Origin: a virus
Lineage: Duplodnaviria; Heunggongvirae; Uroviricota; Caudoviricetes
Virus record (IMG/VR): IMGVR_UViG_3300029060_000171
Location: 1-12,610 of that record
DNA: 12,610 bases
Strand: one strand, 5' to 3'
A model generated the notes under the pieces. That model worked only from the letters and a program-made list of their open reading frames with translations. It made no database searches and was not told where the DNA came from. Position numbers and translations under genes: made by a program. Below are positions 5,974-12,610 of this stretch, one piece after another (position 1 is the first letter of the stretch; every line of letters starts with the position of its first letter).

Positions 5974-6345
5974 CTATATGTAACAATCAATTTCTAAAGA
6001 TACCCCCAACATTGCCAGACAACCGTCAATAAACCCTTCAGCTTTCTGCAGTCTGATAACAACCTGATTAAGTGATATCCCCAGTTTTACCCCCAACACC
6101 CGTAATGTAACCCCATACACATAATACATTTCCAGTAATTCGTATTGATACGGTTCCTTTTTCTTAAGAACTGTCATCGCAGAGCTAATGATCAGGCCAT
6201 CGTCATCGCTACATTGCGGGCGGGATTTTACTTTCGAAGGAATTAATCCCTTAAAACCTGCAGCAACAGATGACCATTCCACATCCTCGTGATTATTTGC
6301 CACCCATGCCCCCCAACGTTCAAGAACCATTTGAATATCACGCAT
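5974..6345 (-). CDS. Q: late-gene antiterminator Q, QuuD/phage-82 type (about 123 aa)
   Basis: N-terminus MRDIQMVLERWGAWVANNHEDVEWSSVAAGFKGL matches my recollection of DLP12 QuuD / Q82-family proteins; the C-terminus is sigma-region-4-like. ATG at 6345 with GGAGAAA Shine-Dalgarno; the track ORF extends to a TTG at 6360. Confidence 0.75.
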   Translation of the reverse strand: MRDIQMVLERWGAWVANNHEDVEWSSVAAGFKGLIPSKVKSRPQCSDDDGLIISSAMTVLKKKEPYQYELLEMYYVYGVTLRVLGVKLGISLNQVVIRLQKAEGFIDGCLAMLGVSLEIDCYI

Positions 6346-6362
6346 CAACTTTCTCCACAAAA

Positions 6363-7358
6363 TCAGGCCAGCACGCCTATTGCCAGCGCACGATCGATAA
6401 AACGAAATATCAGCTCCAGCTGGGAGCCATACTTCTCTTCAAATGCCACGGTATCCGCATGCAGCTCGTCGTGATGCTTTCTGCACAAAGGCAGCACGAA
6501 GAGGTCATGCGCTTTTGTACCCATTCCCCCCTGACCGTGGCCTATCAGGTGGTGGGGATCATCAGCAGGCTTTCCACAACATGCACACGGCTGCGTCTTA
6601 ACCCAGCGCGTGTACTTTTCATTAACCCAGCGGCGACGTTTGGGGCGTAACATAAAAGACTCCGGCGACTCCGGATCCACTTTCAGCGCCAGCACCTTTT
6701 TCGCTTTATCCTGGATGATGCTGGTGGCAGGAACCGAAGGCACAAGGTCACTTTCCCGGGTGACAGACGGCACAACAGGCTTCGGTAATCTCAGTGCCTT
6801 ACGGGCTGCACTTTCCGGTAAGGCATCCGCCAGGTCATTACGAATCAGCCACCAGCACAGTTCCGGCATTGTCACAACGTGACTGTCATCAAAACCGAGA
6901 TCCCGACGCACAACAGACAACACCCAGCGGGCACAGTTATCCGTTGCCATTGATTCCAGCCGTTCCGTGAACTGATCGCGCAGCTGGTTATCGCAGTGCC
7001 AGCACAGACGGATTGCACCCGGAGCGTGTCGCATTGTGGTCATGTTCTCGCTGTGCCATCCGGAATGAGGCCACTGGCAGCCTTTTTCACGAAGTAACCA
7101 GCTTTCAAGACATTCCACGCCACCAGCACGACGGATCACTGCCTCATGGCGGAACACGGCCCGAACGGCAGGATCATCCGCCAGCGGTTGTGATGCCGCC
7201 GGAACGGCACCACTGGCGAAAGATGAATAACGCTCCGGCTCAGGCTCCAGCAGGACACGCCCCTGCATAAACAGGGGCATCAGCTCTGAACCTGGCCTGA
7301 ACAATACGATCCCCATACGCGGGGCAATTTCAGGGGTCAGTAGTGCTCTCACAGTCAC
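6363..7358 (-). CDS. DUF968-like (YdfU-like) nin-region protein with C-terminal Cys/His-rich HNH-like motif (331 aa)
   Basis: C-terminus CACCGKPADDPHHLIGHGQGGMGTKAHDLFVLPLCRKHHDELH. Position just upstream of Q matches ydfU in Qin-type prophages. Start is a GTG directly after the KilA-N stop; exact start uncertain. Confidence 0.65.
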   Translation of the reverse strand: MTVRALLTPEIAPRMGIVLFRPGSELMPLFMQGRVLLEPEPERYSSFASGAVPAASQPLADDPAVRAVFRHEAVIRRAGGVECLESWLLREKGCQWPHSGWHSENMTTMRHAPGAIRLCWHCDNQLRDQFTERLESMATDNCARWVLSVVRRDLGFDDSHVVTMPELCWWLIRNDLADALPESAARKALRLPKPVVPSVTRESDLVPSVPATSIIQDKAKKVLALKVDPESPESFMLRPKRRRWVNEKYTRWVKTQPCACCGKPADDPHHLIGHGQGGMGTKAHDLFVLPLCRKHHDELHADTVAFEEKYGSQLELIFRFIDRALAIGVLA

Positions 7359-7359
7359 C

Positions 7360-8175
7360 TCAATGAACGGTATCGAGCAGCTTTAACAGCTCAGGAAATC
7401 GGGATTCGAAGAAATGCGGCTGCGTCTCGCGCGGATTTGCAGGACTGGTGATGTTCTTGCCGAACATGCAGCCTTTCGCGGTCAGCGACCAGAATTTTTT
7501 GATGTTGTTAATCGCGGTACGGCTGTATCGTTCGCGTTGTTCAACGATCCCCAGCTTCGCCATCTGGTGATATGCCTGATTAGCCGTCAGGCGGATACCA
7601 TACTGCTTCAGCAGTGCACTCAGCGACAGCGTAGGGCGGCTTGAACCATCTGGCGCATCAGCAGGTGCATCAATGGCATAGATCGGCATAAGTTCAGGAA
7701 GACCAGCTACCTTTGATAATTTCTGGTATGCACCAAGTTTCGAGGAGTTTGACAGATTTAGAGTCTTTGCTGCTGATTCAAGCAGAATGACCCCGGATTT
7801 AATTTTGTCGGATGTGGTTTCTTCTGGTGATGAATTATGAAGCGCATCAAAAGTACGTATCACTTTTAAGCTGAATGCCGGGCTGATCCACATTGCATAT
7901 GCATAGACCAGCTCTTTACAGACATACGTCCCACCATTGCGCCCCTGAATGGTGATGACAGGAATACTACGGGAATCTCCCGTAGTTTCTTCTTCCAATA
8001 ATTCCACAAGAGCCTTCGTTTCAGGACGACGCATAAACTCGTGAACTTCCAGCGAACGGGAGGAGCGATTCTCACCAGCGGCAAGAAGAGCAGCTTTCTG
8101 AAGGTCGTTAAGACAGTAGTTAGATTCGAAGTACTGGCGCACAGAAACGCCATCAATTACAAGCAACTGATTCAT
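7360..8175 (-). CDS. KilA-N domain protein (antirepressor/Roi-like), about 271 aa
   Basis: N-terminal 100 aa end in the KilA-N signature GGTYVCKELVYAYAMWISPAFSLKVI. ATG at 8175 with GGAGAAA Shine-Dalgarno (the track start at 8187 is a GTG). A 150-bp upstream intergenic region contains a LexA box. Confidence 0.7.
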   Translation of the reverse strand: MNQLLVIDGVSVRQYFESNYCLNDLQKAALLAAGENRSSRSLEVHEFMRRPETKALVELLEEETTGDSRSIPVITIQGRNGGTYVCKELVYAYAMWISPAFSLKVIRTFDALHNSSPEETTSDKIKSGVILLESAAKTLNLSNSSKLGAYQKLSKVAGLPELMPIYAIDAPADAPDGSSRPTLSLSALLKQYGIRLTANQAYHQMAKLGIVEQRERYSRTAINNIKKFWSLTAKGCMFGKNITSPANPRETQPHFFESRFPELLKLLDTVH

Positions 8176-8272
8176 TGGTTTCTCCACAAATTTTTATCCA
8201 CGAGCGGGACTGCACTCCCTTTTCGTTGATGCAGGATGAACTTACTGCGATTTTTAATAGTTATCAAGGATA

Positions 8273-8292
8273 CACTGTTCATAAATACAGTA
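8273..8292. promoter_or_regulatory. SOS box (LexA operator) CACTGTTCATAAATACAGTA in the RusA/KilA-N intergenic region
   Basis: Perfect CTGT-N8-ACAG core with AT-rich spacer and flanking A/TA, matching the E. coli LexA consensus TACTGTATATATATACAGTA. Followed on the minus strand by TTGATA - 17 nt - TAAGTT, a possible promoter. About 100 nt upstream of the KilA-N start. Confidence 0.5.
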
Positions 8293-8337
8293 TCTTTAAC
8301 GAGGTAATACCCAAATTTAGGGTGTTGCTCAATTCCG

Positions 8338-8733
8338 TTACCGAGTTGCTAATTTGCAACTCGCTTTTTCGTACTTACTGATAGTGATCTCGACCTTCCC
8401 CTCCGGGATAACCGGTCCCCACTCCACCAGCATTCTTTTCACCTGACTGTCGTCTTCCCACACACCCGCGTGGGTCAGGGCGTCAAACAGCGCCTTGTTA
8501 TAGTTGTCCAGATCGCGGATCCGGTTATCCGGAGGAAACAACACGATCTCCACTGAAGCAGGTGCCGACGTTGGTTTCGGCAGACGACGTAACTGCTCAA
8601 CTATTGCTGCACACGCCGCGCTCTGGAATTTTCGCCCCGCCGCGCTTATCAGGCTCTTACCAGCAAACGCCCCTTTGTTGGGGTGTCGCCAGTACGTGTT
8701 CACGCTGGGCGGAAAAGGCAGTATTAGCTTCAT
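8338..8733 (-). CDS. rusA: RusA-family Holliday junction resolvase (131 aa)
   Basis: N-terminus LPFPPSVNTYWRH and central RDLDNYNKALFDALTHAGVWEDDSQV match the RusA signature (PWPPS.N.YYRH ... RDLDN..KA.FDALTKAGFW.DD.QV). ATGA overlap with the upstream gene. Confidence 0.85.
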   Translation of the reverse strand: MKLILPFPPSVNTYWRHPNKGAFAGKSLISAAGRKFQSAACAAIVEQLRRLPKPTSAPASVEIVLFPPDNRIRDLDNYNKALFDALTHAGVWEDDSQVKRMLVEWGPVIPEGKVEITISKYEKASCKLATR

Positions 8734-9056
8734 ACTTTCAGGCCCCTCTCATGTAACCAGTGGGTTGCACGCAGCCTTGCGTTTTCCTCACCGGCAAGCA
8801 GTGCGCGGATAATCCCGACCGCCTCGCTGTCGTCGTCCTTCATCGCAGTATGAAGCGTTATCCCCCGGGCCACGCCACGCTTTATCGTGATGACGCCTTT
8901 TTTCTCCAGTGCGCGAAGATGCTCCACCGCTGCATTCACCGAACGGTATCCCAGCATGGTTGCCACCTCCTGATTGGTTGGCGGGAAGCCACGTTCTTTC
9001 TGATAAGAAATCAGCATATCCAGCACCTGCTGCTGGCATTGAGTTAACGTCGTCAT
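8730..9056 (-). CDS. LexA N-terminal DNA-binding-domain-only protein (108 aa; no S24 peptidase domain)
   Basis: LTQCQQQVLDMLISYQKERGFPPTNQEVATMLGYRSVNAAVEHLRALEKKGVITIKRGVARGITL parallels LexA residues about 1-70 ([55 protein letters not shown]). The protein ends 40 aa later with no Ala-Gly cleavage / Ser-Lys catalytic region. Confidence 0.7.
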   Translation of the reverse strand: MTTLTQCQQQVLDMLISYQKERGFPPTNQEVATMLGYRSVNAAVEHLRALEKKGVITIKRGVARGITLHTAMKDDDSEAVGIIRALLAGEENARLRATHWLHERGLKV

Positions 9057-9706
9057 GCCGCCATCTCCCTGACCAGTTTTTCCGCCTGCTGGCGAACCTG
9101 CGCCAGAAACGCCTCACCACATGCCTCAAGTTCATCGCGCCCTATGTAGCTGATTGCCGGTCCCTTCCAGGTCTTGTCGAAAACAGCAATAGCACCAGCG
9201 AAGAAAGCACCTGTTGGCACCTGCTTTTCGTCTTTCGGGATAAACCAGGCAGGCAGTTCAAAACCAATACGCCCGCGAATAAAAGCAATATGATCTGCAT
9301 CTTCCGGCCACCACACTTCGCTGGTGGCAGCTTTGATCAGGAAAACATAGCGCCCGCCTTTATCACGCATGGCACTGGCATGCTTCATGATGTAACGCAT
9401 GCCTGTGATGTATTGCCCCTCATGCTGACTGGCGCGGCTGTACGGGGGATTACCAAAGGCAGCACCTTTAAGCTCCGCAAGACGTTCAGACCAGTCATGC
9501 GCCAGCGCGTTGTCTTCCGCAGTGTAATAAGCGGCACATTTGGCGTTATCACCATCAGTGAACAGATCCAGAACAAACGGGCCAAACAGGGTGTTAATTC
9601 CCCAGAAAATGTTGTCCGGCGTGCGCCACTGATCGCCCACTTCCTTCAGTTCATGGGCTGGTTTGTTCCGCAGCTCCACCAGCGCCTGGCAATATTTATT
9701 ACTCAT
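9053..9706 (-). CDS. phage-type DNA N6-adenine methyltransferase (Dam family), 217 aa
   Basis: Motif GNPPYS (the NPPY/DPPY catalytic motif) in a protein of the size and position typical of lambdoid nin-region Dam methylases. ATG at 9706 with GGGGG Shine-Dalgarno (the track start at 9739 is a GTG). Confidence 0.85.
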   Translation of the reverse strand: MSNKYCQALVELRNKPAHELKEVGDQWRTPDNIFWGINTLFGPFVLDLFTDGDNAKCAAYYTAEDNALAHDWSERLAELKGAAFGNPPYSRASQHEGQYITGMRYIMKHASAMRDKGGRYVFLIKAATSEVWWPEDADHIAFIRGRIGFELPAWFIPKDEKQVPTGAFFAGAIAVFDKTWKGPAISYIGRDELEACGEAFLAQVRQQAEKLVREMAA

Positions 9707-10200
9707 TAAGCCCCCACGTAATTCCCTGACAGATACCACTCTTCACCCGATGCAGCGCGCTTGCTGCTTTTCCGTAAGCACCGCTCACGATGCGCCAGAA
9801 AATTGTTTCGTTCTGGCTGGGAGTGGCTTTCACGGAATGCCTCCATCCACACCGTTGCAGCTCGACGGAATAAGCCCCTGGACTCCAGTTCTTCCGCCTG
9901 GCGAGTCAGGCACAAAATCACCTGCGGGTCGTTAGTGCCGACACAGAAATTGCGCACAGGTCTGGTTTCACGAACTGGTTGTGGTTCCGGCTCCTGTGCT
10001 CTCTCAGTCAGGCGCGGGAAATGTCTGCGTGTATCTCCTTCACAACGGTGAGCCACACGCCCACTCTGACGTAACTTGCTTGCTGACTGCAGAACGCGCT
10101 GCCGTGAGTAACCTGCAAAAGCATCCGCAATGTCTCCGGAAGTACACCCCGGATGGGCTTCAATGAATTTCTGAACTTCATTCAAAAGACTCATGATCAC
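9706..10200 (-). CDS. PerC-family-like protein (YfdN-like), 164 aa: N-terminal HTH-like region plus C-terminal PerC-like motif
   Basis: C-terminal AEELESRGLFRRAATVWMEAF...ERNNFLAHRERC resembles the PerC/Pch motif (LE..GLWRRAA..W ... RR..C) as I recall it. Same size and Dam-adjacent position as yfdN in CPS-53. Assignment unverified. Confidence 0.55.
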   Translation of the reverse strand: MIMSLLNEVQKFIEAHPGCTSGDIADAFAGYSRQRVLQSASKLRQSGRVAHRCEGDTRRHFPRLTERAQEPEPQPVRETRPVRNFCVGTNDPQVILCLTRQAEELESRGLFRRAATVWMEAFRESHSQPERNNFLAHRERCLRKSSKRAASGEEWYLSGNYVGA

Positions 10201-11015
10201 CCCCTGAATCCTGCCGGGATCTGGCTGTAGTCCACGTTGTCGTAACTGGCTTTGAAGTACGGGTCCTCGCGTCTGGCTGCAGATACCGCAGGAACTTCCC
10301 AGGATTCTTCGAAATGACGATCCGGACCAAAGAACGTGACAGCCTGTTTCACAAATTGTGTGCCGCTGTTACCCATCGCAGATACCCAGCCCGCGTAGCG
10401 TTTCACACCTTCCAGCATGGTTTCGGGTTTTACCCCCTCATTCAAACGGGCTTTCCAGGCTTTGAAGGCTGCAGATTTTGAATTGCCACCAGCACGTTTT
10501 GGATAGGCCAGCCATGCCTGCTCAAACTCCGGAGAGTATTCCGGTCGGTTTGAACGAACTCGCACAGACTCATCAGCAGATGCACCAACAGCTATTGGTT
10601 CATTGACTGGTTCTTTGACTGGTTCAAAAGAGTGACTGGTTCTGGGTGAATCTCCTGCACTACCCCCTGGTGCAACTCCTGCACTACCTGGTGAATTTGC
10701 TGCACCAGATAGTGAATTATTTGCACTACCCCCTAGTGAATCTCCTGCACCATCAAGATGAAGGAGATAGATATTACTTGAGTTACCTTTTTCACCTTTC
10801 CGGGTGACTTTTTTTACCAGCCCGGACTCACAAAGGGCCGCAATATGATTCATCACAGAACGTTTGCTAATCTCGCACTGGTCAGCAATATGCTGGTAGC
10901 TGGGCCAGCACTCACCCTGATCGCTGGCATTATCAGCCAGCTTAATCAGAACCAGTTTTCGCAATGGATTTCCCACTCGAATTTTCATCGCTTTAACCAT
11001 CAACTCCATACTCAT
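10197..11015 (-). CDS. replication initiator / replisome organizer (lambda O-like: N-terminal HTH domain, low-complexity linker encoded by iterons, conserved C-terminal domain), 272 aa
   Basis: N-terminal LRKLVLIKLADNASDQGECWPSYQHIADQCEISKRSVMNHIAALCESGLV is replisome-organizer HTH-like. C-terminal PEFEQAWLAYPKRAGGNSKSAAFKAWKARL is like the conserved phage replication-protein C-terminus. The central Gly/Ser/Ala/Pro linker is encoded by direct repeats. GGAGGTG Shine-Dalgarno. Confidence 0.75.
   Translation of the reverse strand: MSMELMVKAMKIRVGNPLRKLVLIKLADNASDQGECWPSYQHIADQCEISKRSVMNHIAALCESGLVKKVTRKGEKGNSSNIYLLHLDGAGDSLGGSANNSLSGAANSPGSAGVAPGGSAGDSPRTSHSFEPVKEPVNEPIAVGASADESVRVRSNRPEYSPEFEQAWLAYPKRAGGNSKSAAFKAWKARLNEGVKPETMLEGVKRYAGWVSAMGNSGTQFVKQAVTFFGPDRHFEESWEVPAVSAARREDPYFKASYDNVDYSQIPAGFRG
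10603..10757. repeat. putative origin of replication: five 21-25-bp iterons with internal dyad GTGAA/GTGCA-N5-TGCAC (10646..10757) plus three TGACTGGTTC repeats (10603..10642), all inside the O-like gene
   Basis: Direct repeats read from the sequence: GTGAATCTCCTGCACTACCCCCTG / GTGCAACTCCTGCACTACCTG / GTGAATTTGCTGCACCAGATA / GTGAATTATTTGCACTACCCCCTA / GTGAATCTCCTGCACCATCAA. AT-rich stretches flank the array. Analogous to ori-lambda iterons within O. Confidence 0.6.
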
Positions 11016-11236
11016 GCAGCACCTCCGAGATGCTTCATGTTTTTTCCGGAGCGAAAGGCTATAAGCGGCATACTGACGCGGTAATTACGGCCCAGCGGTT
11101 CACAAATCACCTTCTGACATTCACGGTCAACCAGGCTAACACGTAGAACATGCCCTGCAGGCGTGGTGTACCACTGACCCGGACGAGGACAACGGAAAGT
11201 ATGATTGGTAAACCGTTTGAAAATATTCCGGATCAT
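11012..11236 (-). CDS. small Cys-containing protein of unknown function (74 aa)
   Basis: ATG overlaps the Rha stop (ATGA) and is preceded by AGGGGG Shine-Dalgarno. Its stop overlaps the O-like start. A diverged homolog is encoded upstream at 11779..12105 (shared MIRNIFK.FTN and PG..YT..A). Confidence 0.45.
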   Translation of the reverse strand: MIRNIFKRFTNHTFRCPRPGQWYTTPAGHVLRVSLVDRECQKVICEPLGRNYRVSMPLIAFRSGKNMKHLGGAA

Positions 11237-12105
11237 TTACGCCCCCTTACCTCTGAAGGGTTCAGCGACAAATTTATGAGACTGGCCAGTAGCGCCGCGT
11301 CGTTGATGCGGTCATACAGACTTACAGCCAGCGGGGATTCGGCTTTTGCCAACATGGGATAAAGCTGCTGCAGCCAGACCTTGTGGATTACCGACAGGTG
11401 GGAGTAAAGCACGCTGGCGTTATCTGCGGCATCGCTCAGCGTGGATGGCTTTGAAAGCAGTTTTTCCATCTGGTTAAAGGCATTGATGTATGCCTCTTTG
11501 AACCGGGCAGCACGTTTACCCGTGAAACCCATAGCAAGAAACGCAAAGCCGTCGCGGGTTATTTGATAGCAAGGTAGTTTGCGGCCTGTGCAATCGGTGT
11601 AATCACTCACCGAAAAATTGCGGGCAGTGAATGATGCAGAGCATTCAAGCGTGCGGATCTTTTTCAGTACATCGTCATGACGTTTGGAGAAGAAGTTGGC
11701 AACAGCCAGGGATGAAGTAACAGCCTGACCATCAACGATGGCAATTTCAGGTTGAGTGAGGGTTGGGATCGTAGCCATGATGGCAGCCTCTTTGGTGATT
11801 TTTAATAACTCACCACCAAGGCTTTCCACGACCTTATTGGTGGTGAGACGTACAGGGGTGGAAATACCGGTCACCAAAGAACCCGGCCCAACCGAAGTTG
11901 GCCCTGCACGCCCCACCATAATTTGGGCGTAACGATGCTCATGACACGAAAAAACCGCATGAGCGCGGTTGTGCTCTATATTGAATTTCGGGTTTCCACG
12001 CCCGGCACCCGCTTTATAAGGTGCCTGAACAGTGTAACGTCCCGGAATTGCAGAATCAATATGCTGGTGGCGATTGGTAAACAGTTTGAAAATATTCCGG
12101 ATCAT
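11233..12105 (-). CDS. rha: Rha-family phage regulatory protein. The Rha domain is 11233..11778 (181 aa, own AAAGAGG Shine-Dalgarno and ATG at 11778); the ORF continues in frame upstream to an ATG at 12105, adding 109 aa homologous to the 74-aa small ORF.
   Basis: TSSLAVANFFSKRHDDVLKKIRTLE ... GRKLPCYQITRDGFAFLAMGFTGKRAARFKEAYINAFNQME is the Phage_pRha signature. Whether the product is a 290-aa fusion or two proteins cannot be decided from sequence. Confidence 0.7.
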   Translation of the reverse strand: MIRNIFKLFTNRHQHIDSAIPGRYTVQAPYKAGAGRGNPKFNIEHNRAHAVFSCHEHRYAQIMVGRAGPTSVGPGSLVTGISTPVRLTTNKVVESLGGELLKITKEAAIMATIPTLTQPEIAIVDGQAVTSSLAVANFFSKRHDDVLKKIRTLECSASFTARNFSVSDYTDCTGRKLPCYQITRDGFAFLAMGFTGKRAARFKEAYINAFNQMEKLLSKPSTLSDAADNASVLYSHLSVIHKVWLQQLYPMLAKAESPLAVSLYDRINDAALLASLINLSLNPSEVRGRK

Positions 12106-12610
12106 TTACGCCCCCTTACCTCTGAAGGATTCAGCGACAAATTTATGAGGCAGGCCAGCGCCGAAGCATCATTAATATAGTCATACAAGCTAACAGCCAG
12201 CGGAGATTCGGCTTTTGCCAACATAGGATAAAGCTGCTGCAGCCAGACCTGATGAATTGATGAAATGTAGGAATAGAGAACGCTGGCGTTATGTGCAACG
12301 TCGCTCGGTACAGCGGGCTTTGAAAGCTGTTTCTCCATCTGGTTAAAGGCATTGATGTATGCCTCTTTGAACCGGGCAGCACGTTTCCCCGTGAAGCCCA
12401 TGGCAAGAAACGCAAAACCGTCGCGGGTGATTTGGTAACAAGGGAGTTTGCGGCCTGATGCGTCGGTGTATTCACTTAACACAAAATTGTGTTCAGTAAA
12501 TTCAGCGGAACATTCGAGGTTTCTAATTCTATCTAAAACCCGCTCATGCCGTTTAGTAAAGTAATTAGCTACTGCAAGAGATGTGGTGACAACGCGACCA
12601 TTGATAATCG
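12073..12610 (-). repeat. second copy of a tandem paralogous duplication of about 868 bp (first copy about 11205..11778): Rha gene 3' portion plus the start of the following small ORF
   Basis: The two copies align throughout with frequent substitutions. They include identical runs such as CTGGTTAAAGGCATTGATGTATGCCTCTTTGAACCGGGCAGCACGTTT and the junction GTTTGAAAATATTCCGGATCATTTACGCCCCCTTACCTCTGAAGG. Confidence 0.7.
12102..12610 (-). CDS. rha: Rha-family phage regulatory protein, paralog 2, N-terminus outside window
   Basis: Frame is open from the window edge; translation ...TTSLAVANYFTKRHERVLDRIRNLECSAEFTEHNFVLSEYTDASGRKLPCYQITRDGFAFLAMGFTGKRAARFKEAYINAFNQMEK... is a diverged paralog of the first Rha protein. 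The track start at 12482 is a GTG inside the real ORF. Confidence 0.7.
   Translation of the reverse strand, partial: IINGRVVTTSLAVANYFTKRHERVLDRIRNLECSAEFTEHNFVLSEYTDASGRKLPCYQITRDGFAFLAMGFTGKRAARFKEAYINAFNQMEKQLSKPAVPSDVAHNASVLYSYISSIHQVWLQQLYPMLAKAESPLAVSLYDYINDASALACLINLSLNPSEVRGRK

Noticed and set aside
1-12610. CRISPR arrays, integrase, att sites, insertion sequences
   Set aside because: No spaced direct-repeat arrays, no recombinase-like ORF and no terminal inverted repeats were seen. The only repeats are the iteron array and the tandem Rha duplication.

Overview
This window reads as a segment of a lambdoid prophage of an Escherichia/Shigella-type host, with the architecture of an Stx phage but no stx genes. 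Every credible gene is on the minus strand, so the biological order runs from high to low coordinates. Early-right/replication/nin region: two tandem paralogous Rha-family genes, a 74-aa Cys-containing small ORF, an O-like replication initiator carrying an iteron array inside its coding sequence, a PerC/YfdN-like protein, a phage Dam-type N6-adenine methyltransferase, a LexA DNA-binding-domain-only protein, RusA resolvase, a KilA-N domain protein preceded by a consensus SOS (LexA) box, a DUF968-like protein, and a QuuD/Q82-type antiterminator Q. Most of these genes are chained by ATGA stop/start overlaps. Downstream of Q lies a visibly AT-rich cargo block: a 205-aa protein of unknown function whose Shine-Dalgarno is sequestered in a perfect hairpin, a 65-aa HTH-like ORF and an AraC-family regulator, two of them with their own intrinsic terminators. 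Then come three tRNA genes (Ile-CAU, Arg-UCG, Arg-UCU), an intergenic region of about 490 bp where stx would sit in Stx phages, a NanS-p-type sialate O-acetylesterase, two small ORFs, an S21-type pinholin with a dual start, and the start of a further lysis-cassette gene cut by the window edge. All family assignments come from reading the translated ORFs and recalled motifs; no database search was run. The most likely place for something undescribed is the cargo block between Q and the tRNAs, followed by the SOS box / KilA-N / LexA-domain trio.
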